Part shown: one piece after another, positions 1 to 16,410 of the stretch
How the letters are laid out: each line of letters begins with the position of its first letter
Position numbering within the stretch: the first letter of the stretch is position 1
Assembly: GCF_009914755.1 (NCBI RefSeq)
Contig: NC_060933.1
Origin: the human T2T-CHM13v2.0 reference genome, Homo sapiens
Strand: one strand, 5' to 3'
DNA: 64,000 nucleotides
Made by a program: the position numbers and the translations under genes
The notes under the pieces: model-generated
Told to the model about the DNA's origin: nothing
The model's database searches: none
What the model saw: the letters and a program-made list of their open reading frames with translations, nothing else

Positions 1-31
1 CCAGGGCCCATTAGTGAGTCACCGTGCAGGG

Positions 32-480
32 CATTCATTCACTAAACATTCCTTCAGAACCTGTTCTGTTTCAGGTTCTGAGTTGGATGCTGGGAAAACA
101 GACATTGCTCAGCCTCTGTTCCTGCCACTAGTGAGCTCTTGAACTTGTAAAGAGAATCATATCATTAATTTTAACTTACTAGATCAAGGGATGTCCAAGA
201 GAGCCTGTGAGCCCCAGATTAGTGACTCTGTTTCTGAGAGGGACTGATATCAGAGTGGGGTCTTGAAGGATGAATAGGAGTTTGACAGGCAGAGAAATGT
301 CCTTCTAGGCAAAAGCACATGCAAAAGTATATGGAGGTATGAAAGAATATAGCTTACTCAGGGAGAATGAGACATTACAGGATCAGCGGTTAATGGAACA
401 AGATGGGGGACGAGCAAGAAAAGGTATAAAGAGGCAGAATGATGAACAGCCTTAAATGACACTGTTTGGAGTTTGGACAG
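32..480 (-). mobile_element. L2 LINE 3' fragment
   Basis: cattcattcactaaacatt matches the L2 3' terminus in antisense; followed by gtcttgaaggatgaataggagtttgacaggc. Confidence 0.7.
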
Positions 481-834
481 GGTAGAGAGATCAGCTAGAG
501 AGCAGGGGTCAAACTTGGGCCTAGGTTTGCTGAACTCTCAAGGCGCCAACTTGAAAGAGTGAGAAGTCCCCTTCTCTGACCAGAAGCAACTTACATACTT
601 CCTGGTGGAGTAGAAACCAATTCCAGCATGGGGGAAGCCCCCAGAGCAGCTGTATAGGGCAGGCACATGGTGCTCCTGGATCTGAAAGGAAGGGAAAAGG
701 ATGGAACAATTCAGTGCACTTCTAAGTTATCCAAAACAATGTGAGTCATTTAACAAATATTTGTTTCGCTCCTACTGTATGCAAGACAGAGGTTGTCAGT
801 GTGTTCAAGCCAAAGATCAAATACCCATGCCTCA

Positions 835-1060
835 AACCTGGGCTCAGATCCCAGCTCTGCCACTGATTTTCTGCATGGACGTGGGCAAATTGCTTCTCCT
901 TTCTGGGCCGAAGTTTCTCCATTGGTACAATATGGGTGTTAGATTTGAAGATTTTGATCATGATGTCCTGCTCTCATATTCTGCAATTCTGACTTGCTCT
1001 GTGATCTTGGGCCAGCCCCTGCCCCTGTCTTGGCCTCAGTTTCCTCATCTGTAAAATGGA
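835..1060 (+). mobile_element. Two MIR fragments
   Basis: cccagctctgccact and gcctcagtttcctcatctgtaaaatgg MIR core. Confidence 0.7.
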
Positions 1061-1477
1061 AGGTAGGAAGAGATTTAGCTTGAGATACATGGAGCCTGTA
1101 TCTTGGTCACCCGAGCCTTCCCTACACCCAGCCCAGGGTCCTGAGCTACTCTCCCCACCCCCAGCACACTCTAGCTTCCTCTACATTTCTCATCAAGATG
1201 CAACATACTTTAAATAGCATCTGCATGACTGGCTGGTTTTTTCCTTCCCGGAGAAGCTCTCTACAAAGTGTGCCAAGTGGCAGCTGTCAGGGCCGAGGTG
1301 GCATTTCCCTCAGTGATGCTGACAGCAGCTGTCCCGGCGCAGGCTGAATGGAATGGAAATGACATCATGTTTATTCAGGAAAGATGTTCCCAGACCCAGA
1401 TCAGTGTCAGCAAGATGCTGGGATGCTTGAGGAGGGAAAACAGGACCAAGACCAGGCACTGGGTCTCCTCTTCTGGA

Positions 1478-1760
1478 ACACACACTGCGCCATACGCCAC
1501 CCATCTCACACACATTCCACGCACACATGCTCACACACCCACACCACTCACACAGACGGGCCTCCATATATACCACACCCTCTCGCACACGCACGAAAAC
1601 ACAGATGAACACGTGCCACATGCTATACAGGCTCCCCCCTCCCCCGCACACAATCGCACCACAGGTACATATCAATACACACCACCATGACAGCGCACAC
1701 ATACACCACATGCTCACAGATACACAGACACCTAGAGAGACATAGACAGACAGCTGCATG
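1478..1760. repeat. CA-rich low-complexity tract
   Basis: degenerate (CA)n. Confidence 0.8.
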
Positions 1761-1964
1761 TCACATATGCATTCAGGTAGGGGTGCAGCTATTGGGGTGG
1801 AGGACAAGCTTCGGGACCCCATGCATAGAATCGGATCTTTCTTCTTTCTCCCTGGGTCTGTTTCTTCTCTGAAATGGGTGTTGTGTCATCCAGCCCTAGG
1901 CTGTTCCAAAGACTAAACAGTAGAGGCAATATCTTGCTCTCAGAAGACAGTAGGTTTTTAAAAA

Positions 1965-2300
<336 letters not shown>

Positions 2301-2471
2301 TAGGCCTTACCTGGTTGATCCTGCCAGTAGCAAAAACAAAGGAAAAGGAAAAGAAGTTAGGCAGACTTTGAATTGAATCCAGATTCCATAAATCCTAGCT
2401 ATGACGCTGGGCGTGTTATTTATCACTCTGAGCCTCTGTTTCCACATCATTAAAATGGGATGTTTTGGATA

Positions 2472-2880
2472 CCTATTGCTGCATAACAACCAGCCCCCAA
2501 ATTTATGCTTTAAAAAAACAGCTATTTTCTATTTCTCATTATACTATGGGTTGGCCAGGTAATAATCCTGCTCCAAGTAGTGTAAGCTGAGGTCCTGGGA
2601 GGCGTGGGCTATCCAAAATCGCCTCCCTTACAGAGCTGACAGTTGATGCACCTGGAATCTTTACCTGAGCTATAGGCCAGGGACCTCTGTTTTCTTCCAC
2701 ATGGACCTCTCCACATGGCTGCCTGAGCTTCCTCACAGCATGGTGGCGGGATTCCAAGGAGGGGCATTTCAAGAAGTGAAGGTGGAAGCTGCAGATCTCT
2801 TAAGATTTAGCATGGGAATCACAAAATGTCACTTCCAGTGCATTCTATTAGTCAGAGTAAGCCCCAGGGTCAGGCACGTA
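2472..2880 (-). mobile_element. MLT1 (MaLR) LTR, older subfamily
   Basis: tattgctgcataacaac start; gcttcctcacagcatggtggc; tgtcacttccagtgcattctatt. Confidence 0.7.
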
Positions 2881-3008
2881 GTGAAGGCCTAGATTATGGC
2901 AGTCATTATTCATAGTCATTATTACTGCAGAGCCAGCGCTGTAATGGAGTCTGGACCAGGGACATCCTGAATTCCCAGTGCTGGGGGTTTACAGTCACTG
3001 AGACACTA

Positions 3009-3392
<384 letters not shown>

Positions 3393-3479
3393 CTACCCCA
3401 CCCTAACTGCTGCACTTAGATTTGCCTGCAGATTCATCCAAAAAGCCAATATGACTTTCCTGTTGTTAAAAAAAGAAGT

Positions 3480-3660
3480 AATGGCTACCATTTACAGAGC
3501 ACCTACCATGGGCCAGGCATTTTTCATTTTTTGTATTCTTGGAACCCAACAATGATTCGATGAGTTAGTCTTATTCCCACTTGACAGAGGAGAAATCTGA
3601 AGAGAGAGACATCGACCTGCCTAAGGTCACAGTCAGCTGTAGCAGAACACCTGCTTCAGG
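3480..3660 (-). mobile_element. MIR
   Basis: cccacttgacagaggagaaatctga...cctaaggtcacag. Confidence 0.6.
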
Positions 3661-3861
3661 CTCTCCATCCTGGCACAGGCAGCTCTTAGCCTCCCTGGTT
3701 CAACACTCATTCCAAGATGAGTCAACCAGCCCACTTACTGGCGAAGGAGGATGGCAAGAGGCATAGTGTTGGGATTGGGGTTTGCTGGTGGGAACATGGG
3801 AGCATCCTTCTTTATCCTTCTTTGGCAAGCAGCTGAGGATGGTATAAAAACACAGAATCTG

Positions 3862-4168
<307 letters not shown>

Positions 4169-4179
4169 ACTCAGGATCC

Positions 4180-4345
4180 GGAATCAAAGGGTCCTGGGTT
4201 TGAATTCCAGCATTGCTGCCTCTTTAGGAAAGTGACCATTATCTCTTTGAGCCTCAGTGTCCTCGTCTGAAAAATGGGGTTAAGTGGAGCACTTACTTCA
4301 TGGGCTTGTTCTAAGGATTCCACAAGATCACGTAGGTAAGCACAG
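4180..4345 (+). mobile_element. MIR (3' part)
   Basis: gagcctcagtgtcctcgtctgaaaaatgggg. Confidence 0.7.
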
Positions 4346-4472
4346 AGTTGAGCATGTGGTGGTATGGATTGCATACATGAAACAAGACTAGGAAAACATT
4401 GATAGCAGTTGAAGCTGGCATAGGTACATGGTGCGGTCATTAGACCATCCTGTCTACTTTTGTGGGTGTTTA

Positions 4473-4792
<320 letters not shown>

Positions 4793-4857
4793 ACAATTTG
4801 GTAAGGGTTTATCCCAGTGCCTGCCATGAATGTTAACTGTTATTCCAAGAGGAGCCT

Positions 4858-5177
<320 letters not shown>

Positions 5178-5529
5178 GTAGGGGTGGGTGAGGGTGGGAG
5201 GAGCTTTCCCAGGAGAGGACCACATCCTGCCCCAGCGTGGGGGAAGGTGGGCGCAGCCACCATAAAGCAAGGATTACTGCCACTCTAAGTCAGGTATGGC
5301 CACCCAAAGGATAGGGGTAACTGTTAAAATGACTCACTGACTTGTCCTCTTGGTCCTGTCTCCTCCTGTGCACCCACCTCCCTACTCCTGATAAGGACTC
5401 TCTTGTCCCCACCCCTACTTCAGCTGGCCCTGGTTCTCCCCTCTCCATCCATCCCATCACTGAACCACGACCAAGATATTCTAGTTTCATGACCTCTTTT
5501 TATTCCCAACTAGCTTTCCTCTTTCTTTT

Positions 5530-6040
<511 letters not shown>

Positions 6041-8229
6041 TTATAGGTTCAGGCCCTTTTAAATTGAAGTTTGTCTTCCAGATTCCACCCTGACCTCAGC
6101 CCTGCTAAATCCTGGCAACTTACCTGGGAGATGCTACTTCCCGACTGTGTGTCCTTGAACAAGTCATTCGATCTCTCTCATCTTCCGTTTTCTCATCTGC
6201 AAAGAGTCGGCAATGACTCATTGGGTCATTGTGAGATGTGGCCGTGGTAAGGAATTCAAAGCCATCTTTTAAATGTAGTTCCCAGCAGCCATTAGAATTT
6301 AGAACCTACTTTAAATCTATTTAAATTCTGTAAAGGCAGTACCATTTTGCTTTGTGTAAATTGCATGATTTTAAGTTACCTTATACAAAACTACTTTATT
6401 TTCATGTAAACTCATTACTATTTAAAATCTGTGAAATGAGGTGCCCACCAGTCACTGCTATTGGAATCCAGGCATTCAGCACTCCCAGGTCAAGATAGAC
6501 CAGCAGGCCCAGCCTTTGTCTCCCATTGCTCCTGATGCACCACCAAAATAAAAGTGGAGAAGTTAAAAAAGGAATAATTCCCCAGGAACAAATGTGGGGG
6601 ATGGTGGTTTCACCATCTTTCTCTTGAAACAAGAGATTTCAGCAAATGTGTGAAAGGTAGAAAACAGATGGGAGTGGGCTGCTGATGGAATGGGCCCAGC
6701 CTAGAATTCACTCCAGGAGGGTCACAGGGGAGGTGGGAGTAGAGGCCCATGGGGAGATTCTGCCCTAGAACTGCCAGCTTTGGTGGAATGCAGAAGAGAA
6801 GGAGGGGCTGAGGACAGGGCATTACCTGCAGGTCTGTACATGGGGTTAGGACTGTCTCTCTAGCCCCATCCATTACCGTGTGTTGAAAGCATCCTGCAGC
6901 TTTTACCCCAGGGCTAAAAAGCAGAAAGCTCTTCTCTAAAGAGACTGAGCAAGTTGCCTGGGAAAGCTAAGACTCCTGGTATGCATTTTCATGACTCAAA
7001 ATGAAGGTCTCCTCTTTCTGGCATTTGGGGGACCTGATATACAGCTGGCTTTTGGCATACTTACCTTAAATGAAGCCTGTCAGTTGCACTGCTCATCCCA
7101 CCCGACACAGACCACACAGTCAAAATCTTCAGTTGGTGAGAGGCCTAGCAGAAAACTAACCCTGCTTACAAAACAGAAGAAACCCACACCAGATGCCCAG
7201 TTCTGTTGTAAATATGAACAGACACTCAAGGAGCTGCAGGTATATGAAGGGAATCCACATCATGAAAGAGAAAGATCAAGCTCAGCAGAAAAATTGACCT
7301 GGGAGGAAATAGAACTAATTCAGAGAGCAGAAGATTATATTAGAAAATGTTATGGCCATAAAACAAAGACAGGTTTTCATGAAAAGTGATCAGAAGACAA
7401 GAGATAATTCTGAAGGATTAAAACTATGATTGTGGGGAAAAAAAGCTGGAAAGCCTGAAACAAAGTTGAAGATGTCTTCCAGAATATCGGTCACAATGTC
7501 AAAGATGAGCTCTACATGGACCATCTTGAGCCCTAGAAAGAGTAAGCAGAAAATGGAGAGGAGGAAATAGTCAAAGAACCAGCAAGAGAATCCCCCAGAG
7601 CTGAAAGACAGTCTTTACATAGAAAGGACCCACCAGGTACCCAGCACAATGGATGAGAATACATCTTCACCTGGACACATCTTCATGAAATATCAGGGTA
7701 AAGAGGAAATTCTAAAAATGTTCAAAGAGAAAAGAAATCAACCAACGAAGGAATTGAGTCAGACTAGCTCTAGCTATCCCAGCAACACTGTGTTCTAAAA
7801 GATGGAGAATGAATACTTGTAACATTCTTAAGGAAAATGATTTTCAACTTAGATTCTTTACCCGTCACCATCAGTCAAAGGTGAGGGAGAGAATATTTTC
7901 AAACATGCAATGATATAGAAAATTTACTTTTCATGACCCCCTTTTAATGGCTTATCTGAAGTTGTATTCTAGCAAAATAAAGCAATAAACCAAGAAAGAG
8001 GAAGACACAGGATTCAGAAATACTGGGTCCAACCCAAGACCACAATGAGGGAAAGTCCCAGGATGACAGTGAGATTGCAGGGTTAGAAAACAGCCTGTCC
8101 AGGAGGGAGTAAGAGAATGGATGGGTCAGAAAGGGAAGTGTCCAAGGAAATGGGAGACATGATTAAGTAGTAGAGTCACAGAAAATTTGAAACATTTGAA
8201 GACACAATAAAGTGTAAGAAAGAAAAGAT

Positions 8230-8678
<449 letters not shown>

Positions 8679-8962
8679 CTAGGAAGAGTTTCTTTTCAGT
8701 CACTCAGGGGTCCTGACATTTGATTTTAAGAGAAGGAATAGAATCCTAAGGTATTACTTGACTCAGCAATGGTAATATTTAAACAGTCATAATAGCATAA
8801 ACTTTTGGAGTCAAACTATGGACAAAGCATAGAGGTGTTGGTTGTGGCTGATGATCAGAACATAAGTACTAGTGACCTGCACAATGCAAAAATAAATGCA
8901 GTTGACAGGAAGACCAAAGGGTAGGGGTGCAAAAATCCTCACTTTCAAAATGAGGAGTCAAG

Positions 8963-9090
<128 letters not shown>

Positions 9091-9157
9091 TAAGTAAATC
9101 ATTTACATATCACTTAAAATTTCGAAAGTAACAAATAGAAGGTTTAAAAATAATTTT

Positions 9158-9293
9158 TTACTCAGGAGGCTGAGGTGGGAGGACTGCTTGAGCCCGGGAG
9201 GTCGAGGCTGTGGTGAACCAAGATCATGCCACCTGCACTCCACCCTGGGCAACAGAGTGAGATCCTGCCTCAAAAAATGAATGAATGAATGAA

Positions 9294-9328
<35 letters not shown>

Positions 9329-9330
9329 AA
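9158..9330 (+). mobile_element. Alu right-arm fragment with (GAAT)n(AAAT)n tail
   Basis: tactcaggaggctgaggtgggagg...; TSD aaaataattttt / aaaataactttt. Confidence 0.88.
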
Positions 9331-9514
9331 ATAACTTTTAAATTTCAAACATTGGGAGGAAAACAAGAAAGGTAGACTGGCTATATTCCCATCTTTCAGA
9401 TCATGGGGTTGATATTACATAAGAACAGCAAATAAACTAGAAATAGTTACCTACCAGAACAGCAAATTAACTAGTGCCATAGTTACCCACCAGAGAGACA
9501 GGCAAATAGCAGTG

Positions 9515-9707
9515 GTTTTTTTTTTCCTTGTTTTTTTTTTTTTTTTTTTTTTTTTGAGACGGAGTCTCGCTCTGTCGCCCAGGCTGGAGTGCAGTGGCAT
9601 GATCATGGGTCACTGCAGCCTCAGTCTCCCAGGCTCAGTTGATCCGCCCCGCACAGCCTCCTAAGAAGCTGGGACCACAAGTGCACACCACCACACACGG
9701 CTAATTT

Positions 9708-9749
<42 letters not shown>

Positions 9750-9869
9750 TTGTAGATACGGGGTTTCACCATGTTGTCCAGGCTGGTCTTCAACTCCCAG
9801 ACTCAAGTGATCCTCCTGCGTCAGCTTCCCAAAGTGCTGGGATTACAGTCGTGAGCCCCTGTGCCTGGC
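9515..9869 (-). mobile_element. Alu (J-like) with (TA)15 in the linker
   Basis: dimer; (TA)n at 9711-9740. Confidence 0.9.
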
Positions 9870-10096
9870 TTTTTTCTTTTTTAAGTTGCTTTTTCCAGGT
9901 TGAATGGGCATAGGGTGGGGCAGGATGAGAACAATGTGTTTTGATCACAACCTTTTGGGTACTATTTGAGTTGTTACTATGTACATGTAGTGCTATGACC
10001 CCAAAGATGTTATTTAACAGGAAAAAGAAGGATTCTAGGTATCCCAAAGAAACACCTCAGGTGAGTATCAAGATGCCCTGTCTGCCATATGGCTGT

Positions 10097-10195
10097 CATG
10101 TTGACCAGGCTGGTCTCGAACTCCTGGCCTCAAGTAATCTGCCCACCTTGGCCTCCCAAAGTGCTAGGACGACAGGTGTGAGCCACTGCCTGGCC
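10097..10195 (-). mobile_element. Alu left-arm fragment
   Basis: caggctggtctcgaactcctggcctcaag...gagccactgcctggcc. Confidence 0.88.
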
Positions 10196-10439
10196 TCATC
10201 TGTGCCTTCTGACAGCTCTTTGATTTGGGCATGTCACTTTTTTCAGCCTCAATTTTATCCCCTGTGAAAAGGGGGACAGTATCTACCCATGTAGGTTTCG
10301 GTACAGATGACATGATAATATATAAGCATCCCAGTGCCTCCCTTCTTCCCTCCCTGCCTTTCTACCACCCTCCCTCCATTCTCGGGGGTGTTTGGAACCT
10401 GAGGTGTAAGACTGGCTTAAAAAATTTGATAGGAAAAAA

Positions 10440-11050
10440 AAGGCCTCAGTCCCCGAGAAACGTTCTCTGCAGCACAGCGGTGAACGGATGTTTTGCCTCG
10501 GTGCTGCTCCTGCCTTCCAAGGAACGATCCGGACCAGCTGGTGTGTGCCTGCGTGTGTGTGTGCGTGTGCGTGTGTGTGTATCACAGCCTAGTGGTCCCT
10601 ATTTAATACTTGGGAAGGGGGTGTCAGCTGGAGGCTGCCGTGCTGCAAGCTTCTCCCTGAAAACGGAGGGCAAGGGGGTGACTGCTTAATGACTAGATGT
10701 TAAATGTTCCAAACAATTTATACATTTAGAATCCTAAGTTTTCAAAACTCAGCCCGCCGCGCGGTTCTGCAGATCTTGTTTATAACACATTCGGCTAAAA
10801 TTATCCCAGTGCACGCTGCACCTCCTATGGCACAGATGCTCCGGAACCTGCGGCTCTGTTTTGATTCCAGATATTCGTGTTAAAGCTATTTGTGTTCGCC
10901 GTAAATGAAACACGAAACCGAGGAACGGTAGCTCTGGTGATTTTTATAAATATATGCCTAATCTTCACAGCGGGCACTGGGGTTCAAGTTTTATTTATGT
11001 GTGTTTTGCCTCCCGGTGCCCCAAGGGGCTTGTTTTCCCAGGCGCCTACA
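10440..11050. promoter_or_regulatory. Candidate CpG-retaining non-repeat regulatory element
   Basis: 14 CpGs in 10741-10930; FOX motif TGTTTAT 10777-10783; AT-rich homeobox-like motifs; no repeat match recognised. Confidence 0.45.
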
Positions 11051-11348
11051 GGGGCTTCTGCCTGTTCAGGGAGGAGGAGCCAGGATGGAGCTGTGTCTCA
11101 TTCCTGGGGACTCTGTCCTTGCCCAGGGAGGCAGCTCAGAGCAGGACAAAGGACACGGGCTTTGCGCTCTGCTGCTTACTTTCTGCAATTCTTCCTCCAC
11201 CCGAGCCTTACCTTCCCACGTCTGTGAAATGGGGATGATACTAATTCACACTCAGAGGGTGGTGGTTGGGATTATATGAAATGCTCAAGACATATAGGCT
11301 CATTTATTCAATGGGTATTTACCAAGCACAAGACTAGGTGGTGGTAGT

Positions 11349-11350
<2 letters not shown>

Positions 11351-11398
<48 letters not shown>
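11351..11398. repeat. (TG)24 microsatellite
   Basis: perfect dinucleotide run. Confidence 0.97.
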
Positions 11399-11399
<1 letters not shown>

Positions 11400-11402
<3 letters not shown>

Positions 11403-11570
11403 AAGCCCTCCTGTGCATTAGGATCACATGGCGAGCTTTAAAATAATCCAGACATGCAGGCCCTTCCCCAAGTCACATATATCAGAATCTCTAGGGGTGG
11501 GACCCAGGCATCAGTAGTTTTTAAAATTCCCCAGGTGATTTCAATGTGCAAACAAGTTTGAGAACCACTG
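11400..11570. mobile_element. MER5-family hAT-Charlie MITE
   Basis: atcagaatctctaggggtgggacccaggcatcagt...ccccaggtgatt...gtttgagaaccactg. Confidence 0.8.
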
Positions 11571-11685
11571 ACCTAGATAAGTGCTTCTCAGATTTACGTG
11601 TACACAAGTCCCCTGGGATTTGTTAAATAACAGCTTATAGTGGAGTAGGTGGGAGGGGGTGCTGGGTTGCTAGGAGCTGCATTTC

Positions 11686-11990
<305 letters not shown>

Positions 11991-12000
11991 AGAAGCTGCC

Positions 12001-12349
12001 TTTCTCTTTCTTTCTTTCTTTCTTTCTTTCTTCCTTTCTTTCTTTCTTTCTTTCTTTTTCTTTCTTTTTCTTTCTTTTTCTTTCTTTCTTTCCTTCTTTC
12101 TTTCTTTTCTTCCTTTCTTTCTTTGTTTCTCTTTCTTTCTTCTATCTTTCATTCATTCTTTCCCTTTCTTTCCCTTCCTCCCTTCCTTCCTTTCTTTCTT
12201 TCTTTCCTTCTTTCGTTTTCTTGCTTTCCCTTTCTTTCTTTCTCCTTCCCTCCTTCCTTCCTTTCTTCCTTCTCTCTCTTTCTTTCTCTCTCTCTTTCTC
12301 TCTTTCTTTCTTTCCTTCCTTCCTTCCTTCTTTGTTTCTTTCTTTCTTT

Positions 12350-12355
<6 letters not shown>
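12001..12355. repeat. CT-rich (TTTC/TTCC) polypyrimidine tract from an Alu tail
   Basis: ~355 bp almost purely C/T. Confidence 0.95.
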
Positions 12356-12638
<283 letters not shown>

Positions 12639-12789
12639 CAGGAGATGCATTTGTGATGCTGCTAGGGCTGGTGGTCCGCAGGCCACTTCTAGGCACTCTA
12701 GTAGGACCTGCTGGTACCCAGTTAGGCTGACCAGAGGCAGTTGCTGCCTACATAGACTTTATGAGGACTGCAGACAGTTAAACAGATGA

Positions 12790-13190
12790 TGACAATGATC
12801 AATGTTTGACAAGAGAATTGCATGGCCCTATGGACCTGCCTTTGGGAGTGCAGGTGGGAGGGAATCAGGACAAACTTCCTGTAGGAAGCTGAGTGTTAGC
12901 CAGAAGAAAGGGGAGGGTGCTGGGGAAATGATGCCGGCAGAAGGAATAGCATGTGCAGAGGCTCAGAGGCAAGGGATGGGAGCCAGGGCTGGTAATTCGG
13001 GGTAGTTGGAGTTTCCAGGTGAAGCTGGAACTGCAGGAAGGGCACAGGTCAGGAAGCAGCTGATTGACCCTTAAGGTTATGGGGCTTGACCTTGACCTTT
13101 ATCTCAGGGTAAATGGATGGGAAAAGTAGTGAAAAGTTTAAAGGGGGAGAGATGCAATCAGCTTTGCCTTGTAGGATTACCAATCATTCT
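12790..13190 (-). mobile_element. L2 fragment
   Basis: ggcagaaggaatagcatgtgcagaggctcagaggc. Confidence 0.6.
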
Positions 13191-13452
13191 ATTTATCCCT
13201 TCTGCTCACCAAGCTGCCATCAGCAAAGCACACCTGCAGAATACAACTGAATCACTAGCAACCCATAAGAAGGGCCGTTAAAGCCTCTACTATGTGCAGT
13301 GCTCAAGTGGGGAGGCAGACACACAGATCTGTTGGCAGTACAGTTCTGTGGGTGCATGGTAGATCCTGGGACAGCAAGATCTGGGTGTGGCAGTAGGAAT
13401 AAAAGTGGCAGAGGGAGGGTCCACATGAACTGGGGGGGTCTGAGGTTTCTGA

Positions 13453-13800
<348 letters not shown>

Positions 13801-14026
13801 TGGGGCCTGGTGACTTTAACTGGTCAGAGAAGAAAGGAAAGGACATCCCAGAGGGAATGGCCTCACTTGGGGGCATACTGAGAAAATGGTGACCAGACCA
13901 GCACTGCTGCATGAAGGAGGCAGAAGGCAGAGGCCAGTGCTGTCATCAACACCATTGATGCCCCAGCACCTGGCACAGAATTGGTACTCATAGATGTTTG
14001 TTGAGTGAATGTTGAAGGTAGGATGA

Positions 14027-14388
14027 TGCTATGGACTGAATGTTTGTGTCCCCCCAAATTCGTATGTGGAAGTTCTAATCCCCAATATGATGATATATGG
14101 AGATGGAGCCTTTGGAAGATAATAGGGTTCAACGAGGTCACGAGGGTGGGGCCCTCATGATGGGATTAATGCCCTTATTGAAAGTCTTTCTCCTTATATA
14201 TACCATGTGAGAACACAGCAAGAAGGAGACAGTCTGCAAGCCAGGAAGAGAGCCCTCACCAGGAACGAAATTGACTGTCACATTGAGTTTGGACTTCCCA
14301 GCCTGCGGAACAGGGATAAATGAAGTTCTGTTGTTTAAGCCCCTCAGCCTATGGTATTTTGTTACGACAGCCCAAGCAGACCACTACA
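14027..14388 (+). mobile_element. MLT1A-type solo LTR
   Basis: tgctatggactgaatgtttgtgtccccc...ggtattttgttacgacagccc...taca, TG..CA ends. Confidence 0.85.
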
Positions 14389-14719
14389 GGAGGAGTGAGA
14401 GGGTGATGGGCTGGGCTGCATAGGTCAGTTCTGCTGGCAATCAGGGATCATTTCAGTTGGCATCTTCTTAAGATATTATAACACTTCAGTTCAGTTGGTA
14501 CATAAGTTGCTGGCACAAGTCCCTGGAGAGCCCACCACTGCCACCCCTGACACCAGGCCACTGTGGCTTTCCCCTGGGATGTCTGGACCTCTCTGCTCTC
14601 CAGCAACTAAAGTGTTAATGACCTGACCATGAGGAGACCTTTGGGACCTTACCCAGGGCCAATGACACTGATGATCAGGGCCACAGGCCCAACTGTTAAA
14701 CATTGGACATCTCACCCCT

Positions 14720-15110
14720 GGCTGCTACCAGAAGTCATAGGAACCACCTGCGGGAAGCTCCAGTCCAAGTGGAGGTGCGGCGAAGGACCCAGCTGGCTCA
14801 CTGAGGAAATGCCTGGTGCTGGAGCTGATGGACTCTATCCCATGCTCTGCTTCTCTCCGGGCTCCTGCTCTGCTCCCCTTCCTCTCTGACACCTGGCTTT
14901 TTCTTCTCCTGGGTCCACATGGCAGAACATGGCCCACAAGGCCACTCAAGTTGTCATGTCCTAAGAGCCAGCTATCCAGAGAGCCTGGTCTCTCATTTCA
15001 GTTCCAGATCCAAAGCTCCAGGGAAGGCCTCTGACTGTTCTGGCTTGAGCCCTTGTCCAGCCCTGGGCCAATTAACAGTGGCTTAGGATGGGGTTCTATT
15101 GACCATCAAG
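14720..15110. mobile_element. Old MLT1 (J/K-like) fragment
   Basis: ccagggaaggcctctgactg...ccctgggccaattaacagtggc. Confidence 0.45.
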
Positions 15111-15154
15111 GTTGCTCATGCCACCATCTTGGGTGGAATGATGGGTGTGAGTAT

Positions 15155-15166
15155 ATGTGTGTGTTT

Positions 15167-15205
<39 letters not shown>
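15155..15205. repeat. (TG)n microsatellite
   Basis: interrupted TG run. Confidence 0.92.
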
Positions 15206-15207
<2 letters not shown>

Positions 15208-15853
15208 GGGAGTAGGAGATTAAGGAGAAGCTTCTAGAAGGAGGACAGGAGTCCCAGAAATGGAAGGAGACTGGGTGGCCAAGTAGTAAGGTCTGCTACA
15301 CTAAGCCAAGGAGTATGGGCTTTACAAATAGGCCATGGGGAGCCATGGAAGGTTTTGGAGGTATGGCATGGCTGGATTTAGGGAAGATTATTCCAGTGGT
15401 GACATAGAGGAAGAATGGAGGTGACAGGAAGAACCAGCGTCGGCCACTGCAGTTGTCCAGGAAAGGAGTGATGAGGACGTGCATTAGGATCATGAAGCTG
15501 CAGAAGAAGCGAGGGATGCAGGAAACTGACCAGCATGAGAGATCGGAAGGAGTCCATGTGAATTCCATCTGTGGTCTTGGTGGTGTGGGGCCCATTCATT
15601 TTTTTGGAGTCATCACTCTGTATGGTCATGGGAATGACCCCTGGAGAAGGCCAACCTTTCACATTTGGAGTCCACCTGAATCCCTTCATTGCCAGGGTGG
15701 CTGAACAGGGAAGGGAGTCTGAGATGAATTCTCATTGCCAGGAGGAAGCAGGTGGTATGATTTTGTTAATCTCACAAAAGGATTCTGGGCCTGCTGTTTT
15801 CATAGCACCAAGAGGCCCAAGGAGCTTCTCAAAGCCTGGGCTATCTTCCATGT

Positions 15854-16004
15854 CAGAGGCCGGCAAACCAAGCCTGTCTTGTCAATAATGGCACTGTAGT
15901 TTTATTAGAACACAACCTCAACCATTCGTGTAAAGATTGTTTTGTTAGCAAAGCCCAAAATATTTACCATCTGCTCTTTCACAGAGAAAAATTTGCCAAC
16001 CCCT
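15854..16004. mobile_element. MER58A-like hAT MITE
   Basis: caaagcccaaaatatttaccatctg...aaaatttgccaacccctg; TIR-like cagaggccggcaaac. Confidence 0.75.
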
Positions 16005-16119
16005 GTTCCACATCAACTTATCCCAGCTTTGCTCCTGTTGTCACTGTCACCTGGCTCCAGAGCTGAGGGACTGCAAATCTCTTCTTCCACCAGGTGGAAC
16101 TCCGACAGCTTTCATCTCC

Positions 16120-16410
16120 TTTTTTTTTTTTTTTTTTTTGAGATGGAGTCTCGCTCTGTGACCCAAGCTGGAGTGCAGTAGTGTAGTCTCAGCTCACTGC
16201 AACCTCCACCTCGTGATTTTCCTGGCTCAGCCTCCCGAGTAGCTGGGATTACAGGTGCTCACCACCACGCCCAGCTAATTTTTGTATTTTTAGTAGAGAT
16301 AGGGTTTCACCATGTTGGCCAGGCTGGACTTGAACTCCTCACCTCAGGTGATCCACCCGCCTTGGCCTCCCAAAATGCTGGGACTACAGGCATGAGCCAC
16401 TGCGCCCGGC
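16120..16410 (-). mobile_element. Alu (Sx-like)
   Basis: dimer with small deletion; TSD tcatctcc. Confidence 0.92.

Noticed and set aside
1268-1690. 140-aa ORF
   Set aside because: GTG start, runs into CA-rich low complexity, no recognisable domain.
6991-7389. 132-aa ORF with charged C-terminus
   Set aside because: Decayed HAL1/L1 ORF1-like remnant, not an intact gene.
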